A DNA stretch of 64,000 nucleotides from Candidatus Curtissbacteria bacterium RIFOXYA1_FULL_41_14. Lineage in GTDB: Bacteria; Patescibacteriota; Microgenomatia; Curtissbacterales; GWA2-41-24. Positions 37,086 through 47,137 of the stretch are shown here, piece after piece; within the stretch, counting starts at the first letter, position 1, and each line of letters starts with the position of its first letter. The stretch lies in contig MFCA01000025.1 in the NCBI GenBank assembly GCA_001775095.1, positions 116,075 to 180,074 on the forward strand, in the 5' to 3' direction. A model generated the notes under the pieces. The model made no database searches. It was not told where the DNA came from and saw nothing but the letters and a program-made list of their open reading frames with translations. The translations under genes and the position numbers were made by a program.

Positions 37086-37611
37086 CTTCCAGCCGCCTTT
37101 CAATATCTTCTGCAACCTCCTCAATAGTCCTATCACCATTTATTTCTTCAAGAATTCCTCTTTGTCTGAAATAAGAAAGAAGGGGTTCAGTCAATTCATG
37201 ATAGACTTGTAGTCTTTTGGTTACCACAGGTAAATTATCATCGTCTCGGGCTCTTCTGATTAGTCTTTGAATACCTTCCTGGTCGGAGACTTTTATATAA
37301 AAAACTTTATCGATGTCTTTTTCTAAGCCTTCAATTTGAGCATAATTTCTTGGATAACCATCAAGGATGTAACCGCTTCCGTAATCAGATTGACTGATTC
37401 GAGACTTTAAAGTCTTAATGGCAATTTCATCAGGAACAAGTACCCCGACTTCCAGGGCTCTTTTAATTTGGAATGACTCAGAGTCTTGACTTGCGGCTTT
37501 ATCCCGAAACAACTGACCCATTTCAATAACGGGAAGTTTAAGCTTCTTCGCAGCAAGCTTTGCCTGCGTCGATTTCCCTGAACCTTGGCTTCCTAAAAAA
37601 ATAATTTTCAT
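37060..37611 (-). CDS. adk: adenylate kinase (short form, no Zn lid)
   Basis: 'GSQGSGKSTQ' P-loop. Confidence 0.9.
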   Translation of the reverse strand: MKIIFLGSQGSGKSTQAKLAAKKLKLPVIEMGQLFRDKAASQDSESFQIKRALEVGVLVPDEIAIKTLKSRISQSDYGSGYILDGYPRNYAQIEGLEKDIDKVFYIKVSDQEGIQRLIRRARDDDNLPVVTKRLQVYHELTEPLLSYFRQRGILEEINGDRTIEEVAEDIERRLEDAKVTKQS

Positions 37612-37615
37612 AGAT

Positions 37616-38899
37616 TTACTTTGATCTCCTTAAAAAGGAATCGTAATCTCTCATTACAAGATGAGACTCAACTTGCTTGGAAGTCTCAAGAATTACGGCA
37701 ACCACTATCAAAAGTCCTGTACCGCCGATTAACAGCGTTGTAATACCTGTGAACGCCTGTCCAATTGAAGGAAGTATTGCAATAAGTCCTAAAAATATTG
37801 CACCAAAAAGGGTAACTCTCAAGGACACATAATCCAAAAAGGCCTTTGTCGGAGTTCCGGGTCTTATTCCTGGCAAAAATCCTCCTTGTTTCATTAACAT
37901 CTCCGAGATTTGTTTGGTATTAAAAACAACTGTGGTGTAAAAATATGTAAAAGCAACTACTAATAAAAAGTAGGTAATATTATAGGCATAACCTTCCGGG
38001 GAAAAGAATCTTTGAATATCTTGCGCGAAATTGGCTAGGGACACACTGGGCGAACTTTCAAAAAATCTAGCAAAGGTTGTCGGCAGTAGAATTAGGGAAA
38101 TTGCAAAAATAATAGGGATAACGCCGGCTTGATTAACTCTATATGGAATATAGCTGGTCACCGCTGCTCCTGTGCCTGCGCGCCTTGAATAATTTACTTG
38201 AATAGGACGTCTTGCCTCTGTAACTATCACAATCGAAACAACTACAATAATAGCCATTGCGATAAAGATTAAAATATTCCTAAACTGAGAGGGATCAAAG
38301 ACCGAGGCTGTCTGGGCAAAACCTATTGGCAGTCTTCCGACTATTCCGGCAAAAATTATCATCGAAATGCCATTACCGATACCTTTTTCTGAAATTAATT
38401 CGCCTAACCACATTAAAAATATGGTACCGGCGGTTATAGTGGCTATCAGAGACAACAAGGTTAGTGGGGTAACTTGAGTAATAATTTGCGAATTTCGGAG
38501 AAGTATATACATACCAAAGGCTTGAATAGTAGTTAAAGGGACAGTCAGATATCGTGTATACATATTAATTTTCTCCCGTCCAGCTTCGCCTTCTTTAGCT
38601 AACTGTTCCAGTTTAGGAAATACTAACTGTAAAAGTTGTATTATGATGCTGGCATTAATATAAGGATTTAAACCAAGAGACATTACAGAAAAATTTGCCA
38701 GCGTTCCTCCGGAAAAGATATCAAGAAGTGAAAGCAGTTGACTTTCGGAAAAAAGTTGTTTCAGTGAGGCTACATCGACCCCAGGCACTGGTATGTGAGC
38801 AAATATTCTAAAAATAAGAAAGATAAAGGCTGTAAACAGAATTCTTCTTCTCAGATCTTTAACTTCAAAAATTTTCAGTATTGCTTTTAGATATTTCAT
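37616..38899 (-). CDS. secY: preprotein translocase subunit SecY
   Basis: 10-TM SecY in operon context. Confidence 0.9.
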   Translation of the reverse strand: MKYLKAILKIFEVKDLRRRILFTAFIFLIFRIFAHIPVPGVDVASLKQLFSESQLLSLLDIFSGGTLANFSVMSLGLNPYINASIIIQLLQLVFPKLEQLAKEGEAGREKINMYTRYLTVPLTTIQAFGMYILLRNSQIITQVTPLTLLSLIATITAGTIFLMWLGELISEKGIGNGISMIIFAGIVGRLPIGFAQTASVFDPSQFRNILIFIAMAIIVVVSIVIVTEARRPIQVNYSRRAGTGAAVTSYIPYRVNQAGVIPIIFAISLILLPTTFARFFESSPSVSLANFAQDIQRFFSPEGYAYNITYFLLVVAFTYFYTTVVFNTKQISEMLMKQGGFLPGIRPGTPTKAFLDYVSLRVTLFGAIFLGLIAILPSIGQAFTGITTLLIGGTGLLIVVAVILETSKQVESHLVMRDYDSFLRRSK

Positions 38900-39367
38900 T
38901 TACTTTTTGGGTGCACTGTTGTTGATTTTGCCTCCCGACTTTATAATTTTTTTAGCTGCGCTTTTTGAAACTGGCAAATTATTAATAGTAAATGCTCTGC
39001 TAATCTGTCCATCGCCCAATATTTTTACTCCATAAATTTTTGCTTCAGATTCTGTTACAATTCCGAATTTAATCAAGGCCTCAAGGTCAATACCGGAAAC
39101 ATTATTGGGTAGAATATTTAATGCTTTCAAATTTACGATAAGGGGTTTTGTAGAAATTTTAGAATTATTTTTACCGCGCCTTACGGGAAGCCTTTTAATA
39201 AGCGGTCTTGTACCCCCTTCAAAGTGCGGATGGGTGATGGGTAGTTTGCCTCTTGCATTCTGTCCTTTCGTCCCACGACCTGCTGTTTTCCCTTTGCCAG
39301 AACCGTGGCCGCGTCCAATTCTCTTTGTCCTCTTTGTGGTTAGTTTTGGTAGAGTATCTAGTTTCAT
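38900..39367 (-). CDS. rplO: 50S ribosomal protein L15
   Basis: Gly/Arg-rich L15 N-terminus. Directly follows rpsE with no L30 gene between them. Confidence 0.85.
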   Translation of the reverse strand: MKLDTLPKLTTKRTKRIGRGHGSGKGKTAGRGTKGQNARGKLPITHPHFEGGTRPLIKRLPVRRGKNNSKISTKPLIVNLKALNILPNNVSGIDLEALIKFGIVTESEAKIYGVKILGDGQISRAFTINNLPVSKSAAKKIIKSGGKINNSAPKK

Positions 39368-39822
39368 TTCATTAGTTTTTGTAAAGCTTGCAGTGTCGCA
39401 TAAACATTAGATGCTTGATTTTTAGTTCCTAAAACTTTACTGGAAATATTTCTTATACCAGCTGCCTCAACGACGGTGCGAACAGCCCCGCCAGCAATAA
39501 TGCCTGATCCTTCCGGTGCTGGTTTGAGTAATACTTTTGCGGCTCCTCTTTTTAGAAAGATGTCGTGGGTAATAGTCCCGTTTATCATATGTACGGATAT
39601 TAGATGTTTTTTAGCATAGCTGGCTGCTTTTCTGATGGCAGAGGCCACATCTCTGGCTTTGCCCAGCCCGACTCCAACCTGGCCTTTTTTATCACCTACG
39701 ACAACTAAAACTGAAAAGCCTATTTTATTCCCGCCTTTTGTTTTTTTAGAAACGCGATTAACCTGTACGACCTTTTCTTCGTATTCATTTGCCTGTTGGA
39801 TGAATCGACCTTCTGCAGTCAT
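39364..39822 (-). CDS. rpsE: 30S ribosomal protein S5
   Basis: S5 dsRBD and C-terminal domain. Confidence 0.9.
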   Translation of the reverse strand: MTAEGRFIQQANEYEEKVVQVNRVSKKTKGGNKIGFSVLVVVGDKKGQVGVGLGKARDVASAIRKAASYAKKHLISVHMINGTITHDIFLKRGAAKVLLKPAPEGSGIIAGGAVRTVVEAAGIRNISSKVLGTKNQASNVYATLQALQKLMK

Positions 39823-40179
39823 TTAAAAATTTAATCCTCCCTTCCTTGCGCCTTCGGCTAGTGATTTAACTCTTCCATGGTACTTAAAACCGCCACGGTC
39901 AAAAATAACCTTTTTGATGTTTTTTTTGGTTGCCTCTTTTGCCAAATTGGCACCAACCTCAAAAGCTTTATTTAACTTACTAGCTTTTTTACTAGCGTCA
40001 GCAGGTAAATCCATGTCTGATGAAGCAACAACTGTCACTTTTGAAACATCATCGACTAGTTGTGCATAAATATATTTGTTAGAACGAAATACAGCCAGTC
40101 TGAGTACTTTAGGTGAGCCCATTATTTTTTTTCTTACTCTTTTGTGTTTTAAGATCCTCTGTGATTTCTTATTTATCAT
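39823..40179 (-). CDS. rplR: 50S ribosomal protein L18
   Basis: L18 family, conserved position. Confidence 0.85.
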   Translation of the reverse strand: MINKKSQRILKHKRVRKKIMGSPKVLRLAVFRSNKYIYAQLVDDVSKVTVVASSDMDLPADASKKASKLNKAFEVGANLAKEATKKNIKKVIFDRGGFKYHGRVKSLAEGARKGGLNF

Positions 40180-40727
40180 ATACTACCCCCGACAGCCTTA
40201 ACTGTCTTGCCGGCTTTTCTTCTAACTATTTCGTCAATATACTTAATCCCCTTGCCTTTATAAGGTTCCGGCGGCCTGACTCTTCTTATTTTCGCTGCTG
40301 TCTCGCCGACCAGTGCCTTGTCTGTGCCAGAAACAATAATTTTGTTTTCTTTTGTTTCAATCTGAATTCCTGGAACCGAATTGATAGTAACTGGATGAGA
40401 ATAACCAACGTTTAGTACCAAATCTTCACCTTCTTTTGCGGCGCGATAACCGGTACCAACTATTTCTAAAGTTTTCTGATGACCATCAAGGGCCCCTTTA
40501 ATCATATTAGCAATCAAGCTCCTGGTTAAACCATGAAGAGATTTAGAAAATTTATTTTCCGATTTTCGGGAAACTCTTATTTTATCCTCTGTCACTTCGA
40601 CTTTTACTTCCGGACGAAATCTAAAAGAAAGATTCCCTTTCGGGCCGGAAACATTAATTTCTGAGTTCTCGACTTTAACGCTTACTCCTTGCGGTATTAA
40701 TATAGGTTGTTTGCCGATCTTTGACAT
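40176..40727 (-). CDS. rplF: 50S ribosomal protein L6
   Basis: Two L6 repeats. Confidence 0.9.
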   Translation of the reverse strand: MSKIGKQPILIPQGVSVKVENSEINVSGPKGNLSFRFRPEVKVEVTEDKIRVSRKSENKFSKSLHGLTRSLIANMIKGALDGHQKTLEIVGTGYRAAKEGEDLVLNVGYSHPVTINSVPGIQIETKENKIIVSGTDKALVGETAAKIRRVRPPEPYKGKGIKYIDEIVRRKAGKTVKAVGGSI

Positions 40728-40733
40728 ATTTCT

Positions 40734-41129
40734 TTACCAAATCTGGCAGATGATTTCACCGCCAAGATTTTTTGCTTTCGCCTCGCTTCCGGTCATTACA
40801 CCATTTGGCGTAGAAATAATAACAATACCCCTACCCCCTTTTAATTTTTTGATATTTTTACTTTTTGTATAGACACGCAGACCCAATTTTGAAACTCGTT
40901 TAATCTGCCAAACTTTGGGTTTTCGGCCTTCATACAAAAGTTCGATTTCGATCTCTGGCTTGTCTTTCAGGTCGCGGGTACTTTTTTTAGTAACTTTACT
41001 CACAACTTTCTCCTTTTCCAAGACTTTAGCAATTTGCAATTTAAAACCTGAATAGGGAACAAAAACCTTCGGCTTTTGCGCCATGTACCCATTTTTGATA
41101 GTAACCAACATATCAGCTATCGGATCCAT
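40734..41129 (-). CDS. rpsH: 30S ribosomal protein S8
   Basis: S8 family. SD 'AAGGAGG' upstream. Confidence 0.9.
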   Translation of the reverse strand: MDPIADMLVTIKNGYMAQKPKVFVPYSGFKLQIAKVLEKEKVVSKVTKKSTRDLKDKPEIEIELLYEGRKPKVWQIKRVSKLGLRVYTKSKNIKKLKGGRGIVIISTPNGVMTGSEAKAKNLGGEIICQIW

Positions 41130-41184
41130 ACGCCCTCCTTCGTCGGGAATTTTAAATTTAAAATTTCAAATTTAAAATTAATTA

Positions 41185-41370
41185 TCACCATGATGCTTTT
41201 TTGACTCCCGGTATTTCACCACGATGAACAAGATCCCTGAAACAAAGACGGCAGATACCGAATTTTCGCAAGTATCCTCTGGGTCTTCCACAGAGCCGGC
41301 AACGATTCCGATGTCTTATTTCAAATTTTAACTTTTGTTCGTTTTTAACAATTTTTGATTTTTTAGCCAT
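41185..41370 (-). CDS. rpsZ: 30S ribosomal protein S14 type Z (zinc-binding)
   Basis: 61 aa with '[20 protein letters not shown]'. Confidence 0.9.
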   Translation of the reverse strand: MAKKSKIVKNEQKLKFEIRHRNRCRLCGRPRGYLRKFGICRLCFRDLVHRGEIPGVKKASW

Positions 41371-41388
41371 TGTAACCTCCTGTTAATT

Positions 41389-41931
41389 CTAATTTTTTTT
41401 GAATGGGATCCCTAAAAGTTCAAATAGTCTTTGTGATTTTTGCTTATTACTATTTCTGATAACTATTGTAGCCACTAAACCTCTAATCTTATCAATTTTA
41501 GAGTAGTCAATTTCTGGAAAAAGGATCTGTTCATCAATTCCTAAACTATAATTGCCAAACTCGTCGAAGCTAGAGGGTGTTAGTCCTCGAAAATCACGCA
41601 TTCTGGGCAAAACAATTGAAATTAATTTTTCAAAAAAGTACCAAGCCTTTTTACCACGCAAGGTCACCATTGCCCCGATTGGGTCTTTTTCTTTTAACTT
41701 AAAAGAAGAAATTGATTTTTTCGCTTGTCTAGTAGCAGGTCTTTGTCCCGTAATTGTCGCAAGCTGATCCTTGACTCTTTCAAGTACCTCTTTGTTGCTG
41801 ATGGCTTCGACCACGCTGCTATTTATAACAATTTTCTCAATTCTTGGCACTGCCAGATCATTTGACAGTTCAAATTCTTCCTTCAATTTGGGCAATGCTA
41901 CTTCTTGATACTTTTTATTAAGATTCGTCAT
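41389..41931 (-). CDS. rplE: 50S ribosomal protein L5
   Basis: L5 family. Confidence 0.9.
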   Translation of the reverse strand: MTNLNKKYQEVALPKLKEEFELSNDLAVPRIEKIVINSSVVEAISNKEVLERVKDQLATITGQRPATRQAKKSISSFKLKEKDPIGAMVTLRGKKAWYFFEKLISIVLPRMRDFRGLTPSSFDEFGNYSLGIDEQILFPEIDYSKIDKIRGLVATIVIRNSNKQKSQRLFELLGIPFKKN

Positions 41932-41932
41932 G

Positions 41933-42253
41933 CTAGCTCCTCTGGGCTGTTAATTCACCTTTACATTTTTTACAGAGTCTCGTTTTTGTTTTTCCTTCAA
42001 TAATAAATCCTATCCTAGTTAATTTTGAACATTTTGGGCAAATAATTCTAACCTTAGAAACAGGAATTGGTCTGGCGATTTCATAAATACCAGCGCTTTG
42101 ACTCCTGGTAGCTTTTCGGTGCCTTTTGTAAATATTTACGCCACTAACGATAAGCTTATTTTCAGATGGAAGAACTTTTTCGACTGTTCCTTTTTTCCCC
42201 TTATCCCGACCGGATACTATTTGTAATTGGTCTCCAACTTTAAATTTAAACAC
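41933..42253 (-). CDS. rplX: 50S ribosomal protein L24, with CxxC...CxxC zinc-ribbon in the C-terminal half
   Basis: KOW motif 'GDQLQIVSGRDKGKKG'. GTG start overlaps the L14 stop. 'CPKCSKL...CKKCKGE'. Confidence 0.8.
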   Translation of the reverse strand: MFKFKVGDQLQIVSGRDKGKKGTVEKVLPSENKLIVSGVNIYKRHRKATRSQSAGIYEIARPIPVSKVRIICPKCSKLTRIGFIIEGKTKTRLCKKCKGELTAQRS

Positions 42254-42254
42254 T

Positions 42255-42623
42255 TTAGATAACCTCCTTTGCCAGGGATGCAATTTTAACAAATCCCTTA
42301 TCTTTAATTTCTGAGGCCATTGGTCCAAAAATCCTCGTTGCTCTAGGTATCTTATTTGCATCCACAATCACGGCAGCATTATCGGAAAATCTTATATATG
42401 AACCATCCTTGCGGCGTGTTTCTTTTTTGGTTCTAACGATTACGGCTTTCACAATTTCATGGTCCTTAACTTGACCCATAGGATTTGCACCAAAAACAGC
42501 ACATGTTACTAAATCCCCAAGTTTGGCAAATCGGGTACCGGAGCCTTTCCCGATTCCGATAACTCTAAGGCGTTTGGCGCCACTATTGTCGGCAACTTTT
42601 AATATCGACCTTTTTGCGACCAT
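42255..42623 (-). CDS. rplN: 50S ribosomal protein L14
   Basis: L14 family. Confidence 0.9.
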   Translation of the reverse strand: MVAKRSILKVADNSGAKRLRVIGIGKGSGTRFAKLGDLVTCAVFGANPMGQVKDHEIVKAVIVRTKKETRRKDGSYIRFSDNAAVIVDANKIPRATRIFGPMASEIKDKGFVKIASLAKEVI

Positions 42624-42884
42624 TTATTTCAAAACCTCCATCACCTTAAAATGAATATCTTTTGAAATTGGTTTGGTCTCCATAATTTTGACTTTTTGGC
42701 CAACCTTAACTTCTAAATCATTGCGGGCTTTAAATTTCTTAGTCTTGGTAATTAATTTTTTATAAAGCGGATGCCTAACTTTTGTACTAACTTTGACAAC
42801 AACTGTTTTTTGCATCTTGTCGGAAATTACAATTCCCGTTTTAACTTGAGGCATTTTTCTCCTTTCCTGTTTCTGTCTTTTCAT
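42624..42884 (-). CDS. rpsQ: 30S ribosomal protein S17
   Basis: Start chosen at '[10 protein letters not shown]', by analogy with the Bacillus-type 'ERNQRK' N-terminus. Overlaps the rpmC tail. Confidence 0.8.
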   Translation of the reverse strand: MKRQKQERRKMPQVKTGIVISDKMQKTVVVKVSTKVRHPLYKKLITKTKKFKARNDLEVKVGQKVKIMETKPISKDIHFKVMEVLK

Positions 42885-43101
42885 GGTCGTCTGTGCTTTT
42901 CTGAATGAAAATTTTGGCATTCAATATAGTCTTCACTTTGGCGATATCCTTTTTTATTTGTTTTAGGCAGTGAACATTTTTAGCCTTTCCCATTCGCAGC
43001 TCTATAAGAGCATCGGTTTTTTCTTTCTCTAACTGGCCAATTTTTTTCTCTAGATCACTAGTGCTACCGGTCTTTAGGTTACCAAAATCTTGTTTTTTCA
43101 T
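42841..43101 (-). CDS. rpmC: 50S ribosomal protein L29, with C-terminal extension
   Basis: L29 helical hairpin in conserved position. Confidence 0.75.
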   Translation of the reverse strand: MKKQDFGNLKTGSTSDLEKKIGQLEKEKTDALIELRMGKAKNVHCLKQIKKDIAKVKTILNAKIFIQKSTDDHEKTETGKEKNASS

Positions 43102-43502
43102 CTTGAGATCATCTTAGTTTTTATTGGTAATTTATTTGCTGCTAATCTCATTGCTTCCTGGGCAATTTTTGCATCAATCGCTCCCATTTCAAACAGGATT
43201 AAGCCAGGTTTTACAACTGCAACATAGCCTTCGACATCCCCCTTGCCTGATCCCATTCTCGTTTCGGCGGGTTTTTTGGTTACCGGTTTATCCGGAAAAA
43301 CTCTGATCCAAATACGACCGCCTCTTTTGGTATAGTGGGTCATTGCCCGACGGGCAGCCTCAATTTGTCTGGCAGTTAACCAAGCTGTCTCCAGACTCTT
43401 TAATCCATATGTGCCAAAGGAGATGGTGCTGCCACGAGTAGCTATACCCTTCATCCTGTTTCTAAATTGTTTTCTATATTTTGCTCTTTTAGGCGCTAAC
43501 AT
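43098..43502 (-). CDS. rplP: 50S ribosomal protein L16
   Basis: '[11 protein letters not shown]'. Confidence 0.9.
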   Translation of the reverse strand: MLAPKRAKYRKQFRNRMKGIATRGSTISFGTYGLKSLETAWLTARQIEAARRAMTHYTKRGGRIWIRVFPDKPVTKKPAETRMGSGKGDVEGYVAVVKPGLILFEMGAIDAKIAQEAMRLAANKLPIKTKMISR

Positions 43503-43595
43503 ATGCTCTCCTTCGGAGGAATTTCTAATTTCTAATTTCTAATTTCCAATATTTGAAATTTGACATTTGAAATTGGTAATTATTTGAAATTCTCA

Positions 43596-44237
43596 TTAGC
43601 TCTCCCCCTTAAATATCCAAACCTTAACACCAATAATCCCGGATCTGGGTACCTTGGCATCAATTTTTGCAAAGTCAATTTCAGCTCTAAGAGTCTGCAG
43701 AGGTATCGAACCTTCTTTGATCGTTTCACGCCGGGCAATTTCCGAGCCGCCAAGTCTTCCAGCTAAAGAAATTTTAACGCCTTTTGCTCCAGATCTTTTG
43801 ACCCGTTCTAAAGATTGTTTCATCACCCTTCTAAAGGGGAATCGTCTTGCAAGTTGGTCAGCAATATTAACTGCAATCAGGTAAGCATCTAAATCTGGGG
43901 ATTTTACCTCTTCAAATCTAATATCTAATTTGCTTGCATCGGTAATCTTAAATTTCTTCATCAGGGCCGATTTTAACTGTTCATGACCCGTCCCCCCCCG
44001 GCCAATAGCAACCCCAGGCCTCGAAACATGAATTGCGATAATTCTTTTGTCAAAGGAACGCTCAATTTCGACCTTAGAAATTCCAGCTGCTTTTAAGATC
44101 TCCATCAAAAACTTTCTAATTTTTTGATCCTCTAAAAGCTGCTGCGCATAAATATTATCTTTAGCGGCGAACCAACGCGAACTCCAGGTATAAACATTAC
44201 CAAGCCTGAAGCCAATAGGATTAACTTTTTGTCCCAC
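43596..44237 (-). CDS. rpsC: 30S ribosomal protein S3
   Basis: GTG start preceded by SD 'AAGGGAGG'. KH and S3-C domains. Confidence 0.9.
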   Translation of the reverse strand: MGQKVNPIGFRLGNVYTWSSRWFAAKDNIYAQQLLEDQKIRKFLMEILKAAGISKVEIERSFDKRIIAIHVSRPGVAIGRGGTGHEQLKSALMKKFKITDASKLDIRFEEVKSPDLDAYLIAVNIADQLARRFPFRRVMKQSLERVKRSGAKGVKISLAGRLGGSEIARRETIKEGSIPLQTLRAEIDFAKIDAKVPRSGIIGVKVWIFKGES

Positions 44238-44318
44238 AGAACCTCCCTTCGATCGGTAGTGAAAAGTGAAAAGTGAAAAGTGAAAAGTTATTGAAAAATT
44301 TTTCTAAATTTTGATTTG

Positions 44319-44741
44319 TCATTTTGTCGCTTTTGACTCCTTTGATACTTTTGATACTGATCCTCTTGATGCTTCTGGTACTTCTGGCACCTTTGATACT
44401 TCTTTCCTTTGTTCTCCTTCGAGTACTACTTTAATATGGCTTGTTCTTTTTAGAATCGGATGAGCGCGCCCTCGTGCCACGGCTTTAAACCTCTTAAAAA
44501 CAATACCCTTAGTTACCGAAATTTCCCTGAAAGTTAAACTATTTTCAGTAAGATCAAAATTGTTTTTAGCGTTGGCAATAGCTGACGCTATGACTTTTTT
44601 GAGAGGCAATGAAGATCTTTTGGAAACGTAGTTTAGGATCTCCACGGCTTCTTTCGGTGGTAATTTCTTTATTTGTGCAACGACAAGTCTCACTTTCTCT
44701 GGTGATATTCGGACATTTTTCGCAGTTGCCGTTACTTCCAT
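44319..44741 (-). CDS. rplV: 50S ribosomal protein L22, with low-complexity C-terminal tail
   Basis: L22 family. Confidence 0.85.
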   Translation of the reverse strand: MEVTATAKNVRISPEKVRLVVAQIKKLPPKEAVEILNYVSKRSSLPLKKVIASAIANAKNNFDLTENSLTFREISVTKGIVFKRFKAVARGRAHPILKRTSHIKVVLEGEQRKEVSKVPEVPEASRGSVSKVSKESKATK

Positions 44742-44750
44742 GATTCCTCC

Positions 44751-45035
44751 TTATTTTTTAGAGGTAGATTTCTCAGTAATTTTGCCATGTCCTCTGAAAG
44801 TTCTCGTAGGTGCAAATTCGCCGAGTCTATGACCGACCATTGGTTCACTAACGAAAACATTGATAAATATCCTGCCGTTATGAACTGCGAGAGTATGATT
44901 GACAAACTCCGGCGGAATTTGTGAATGTCTGGCCCAAGTCTTAACAGGCTCTTTCTTGCCAGATTCTTTCTGAGCCATAACTTTTTTTAATAATTTCTGA
45001 TCCACATACGGACCTTTTTTAGACGAACGACTCAT
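44751..45035 (-). CDS. rpsS: 30S ribosomal protein S19
   Basis: S19 family. Confidence 0.9.
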   Translation of the reverse strand: MSRSSKKGPYVDQKLLKKVMAQKESGKKEPVKTWARHSQIPPEFVNHTLAVHNGRIFINVFVSEPMVGHRLGEFAPTRTFRGHGKITEKSTSKK

Positions 45036-45077
45036 GTTTGCATAAGATTCTTAAGTCACCTAAGTCACTTAAGTAAC

Positions 45078-45899
45078 TTATTTTCTCTTCCTTTGCAGGA
45101 TGAATTTCCCTGACGGTTTATTCTTACTTCTGGTCTTTTTAAAAGCCGGTTTACCCCAGGGGGTCTTAGGATGCATACCAATGCCGGATTTACCTTCACC
45201 GCCTCCATGCGGATGCGAGCCCGGATCCATGGCTACGCCTCTAACTTTTGGTTTTTTGCCCATGTGGCGGAGCCTGCCGGCTTTACCAAAAGTAATATTT
45301 TTCCAATCAGCATTGCCCACTTGACCAATAGTCGCAAAACAGGCGGCATTAATTTTTCTAAGCTCCTTTGAAGGAAGTTTAAGGTGAATCCATTTGCCTT
45401 CTTTAGCTGCAATAATTGCTCCTGTTCCGGCGCTTCTAACTATTTGGGCACCAGCCCCAGGTGTTAATTCGACATTATGAACGACTGTTCCGATTGGCAT
45501 TTTTCCTACCGGTAGTGCATTTCCTACTTTAATATCAGCTTTTTCTCCAGCAATAATCTGATTGCCTACCTCAAGACCTAGCGGTGCCAAAATGTACTTT
45601 TTCTCGCCATCCAAATAATGCAGAAGGGCAACATTGGCTGATCTATTTGGATCATATTCAATAGCGGCAACACGAGCCTTAATATCTCGTTTATTGCGGG
45701 TAAAATCAACTATTCTTAGATTTCTTTTATGCCCCCCTCCTTTGCCTCTCACTGTGACTCGACCACCAGATCTGCCTCCGGCTTTTGACAAAGGCGCAAC
45801 CAGACTTTTTTCCGGTTTAGTTTTGGTAATCTGCGAAAAATCTAAACCGGTTTTAAATCTGGTTCCCGGTGTTTTTGGTTTATAAACTTTGATTGTCAT
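45078..45899 (-). CDS. rplB: 50S ribosomal protein L2
   Basis: L2 family, 273 aa. Confidence 0.9.
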   Translation of the reverse strand: MTIKVYKPKTPGTRFKTGLDFSQITKTKPEKSLVAPLSKAGGRSGGRVTVRGKGGGHKRNLRIVDFTRNKRDIKARVAAIEYDPNRSANVALLHYLDGEKKYILAPLGLEVGNQIIAGEKADIKVGNALPVGKMPIGTVVHNVELTPGAGAQIVRSAGTGAIIAAKEGKWIHLKLPSKELRKINAACFATIGQVGNADWKNITFGKAGRLRHMGKKPKVRGVAMDPGSHPHGGGEGKSGIGMHPKTPWGKPAFKKTRSKNKPSGKFILQRKRK

Positions 45900-45908
45900 T
45901 TCTCCTTC

Positions 45909-46271
45909 TTACCCTCGGCTTTTTTGTATATCTTTCTCTTTGCCTTTATCTTTGTCTTTTTGTTTTTTACCTTTTGTTTCTGATTTTGGCATAAGCATAG
46001 CAATCGTTTGCCCTGATTTAAGATAAACAATTGCCTTTTTGCCGCCGCCGGTCTTTACTTGCTTTCGAGTCTTGGCAACTCTTTTAGTCTTTGGTGCAAT
46101 ATTGGTCATATTTACTCGCATAACATCGACACCGAACTGAGAAAAAACCTGTTTTGCTACCGCGTTTTTGGTTGCCTGCGTTACCACTAGAAAAGTATAA
46201 ATACCTTTCTCCATCTGCTTATAAGCTTTTTCCGAAAGTATGGCTTTTTTGATAACACTTTTTAATTTCAT
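45909..46271 (-). CDS. rplW: 50S ribosomal protein L23, with Lys-rich C-terminal tail
   Basis: L23 family. Confidence 0.85.
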   Translation of the reverse strand: MKLKSVIKKAILSEKAYKQMEKGIYTFLVVTQATKNAVAKQVFSQFGVDVMRVNMTNIAPKTKRVAKTRKQVKTGGGKKAIVYLKSGQTIAMLMPKSETKGKKQKDKDKGKEKDIQKSRG

Positions 46272-47110
46272 TTAGCGACTCCTATTGCCTCTTTGGATAG
46301 CAATATATTTCTATTCTTAATAATTTCGAAGGCATTGAGATTGGCCATACGACTGACTAGTATTCTCTGAATATTTCGCGTCGCCAGTTTCACATCTTGT
46401 CCATTGTTTACCGGTTTGTCGGAAATTACTAAAAGACAATTTCCTTGTAAATCTAATTTTTTAAGTAAACTTGCAATAATTTTCGTCTTAGCTTGAATTT
46501 TTTCGATATTAGTAATTACTTTGACACTTCCTTCTTGGGCTTTTAATGAAAATGCACTCACCAGAGCCTTTCTTTTCATTTTCTTAGGCAAAGTTAAAGT
46601 TACCTTTCTGAATTTAGGGCCATGGGCAACACCTCCGCCTACCCAAAGCGGTGAGCGGATTGATCCTGCGCGGGCTCTGCCAGTGCCTTTTTGGCGCCAG
46701 GGCTTGCGGCCCCCGCCTCTTGTCTGGGAACGAGTTTTTGTAGAACCCGCGTGAACTGACTGGTTTACCGAATAGATGCGAATTGCCTGGGCTAAAAGCT
46801 TTTCGTTTGGCTTTTGACCGAAAATTTCGCGAGGAAGAGCAACTTTGCCAATAGATCGGCCGTTTATGTCAAAAGCAGGAGCCAAAAGTCCTCCACCAGC
46901 GGATTTAACCTGCCTGCCGGCAGGCAGGCTCTTGACGGTTTTTGTCTTTCTCGGTGCCTTCTGTTTATCTTCTGTGCCTTCTGTGATTATCTTTTTATCC
47001 ACGATCTTAGAACTGGTCTTCGATCTAATTTTGACCTGTTTAGATTTTGCTATCTTTGTTATTTTTTTTGCTGCTGCCATAATTATTTCTCTTGAAACCA
47101 CTGAGAGCAC
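46268..47110 (-). CDS. rplD: 50S ribosomal protein L4, with ~75-aa N-terminal extension containing an in-frame palindromic repeat ('LPAGRQ')
   Basis: L4 core begins near 'FDINGRSIGKVALP'. The extension contains 'CTGCCTGCCGGCAGGCAGG'. Confidence 0.8.
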   Translation of the reverse strand: MLSVVSREIIMAAAKKITKIAKSKQVKIRSKTSSKIVDKKIITEGTEDKQKAPRKTKTVKSLPAGRQVKSAGGGLLAPAFDINGRSIGKVALPREIFGQKPNEKLLAQAIRIYSVNQSVHAGSTKTRSQTRGGGRKPWRQKGTGRARAGSIRSPLWVGGGVAHGPKFRKVTLTLPKKMKRKALVSAFSLKAQEGSVKVITNIEKIQAKTKIIASLLKKLDLQGNCLLVISDKPVNNGQDVKLATRNIQRILVSRMANLNAFEIIKNRNILLSKEAIGVAK

Positions 47111-47137
47111 TGAACGTTACTGAATACACTGAAATAT

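Noticed and set aside
41933-42367. 144-aa version of L24 with a 38-aa N-terminal extension overlapping rplN
   Set aside because: A GTG at 42253 overlapping the L14 stop, preceded by GGAGG, gives a canonical-length L24. The long ATG-initiated form is unlikely.
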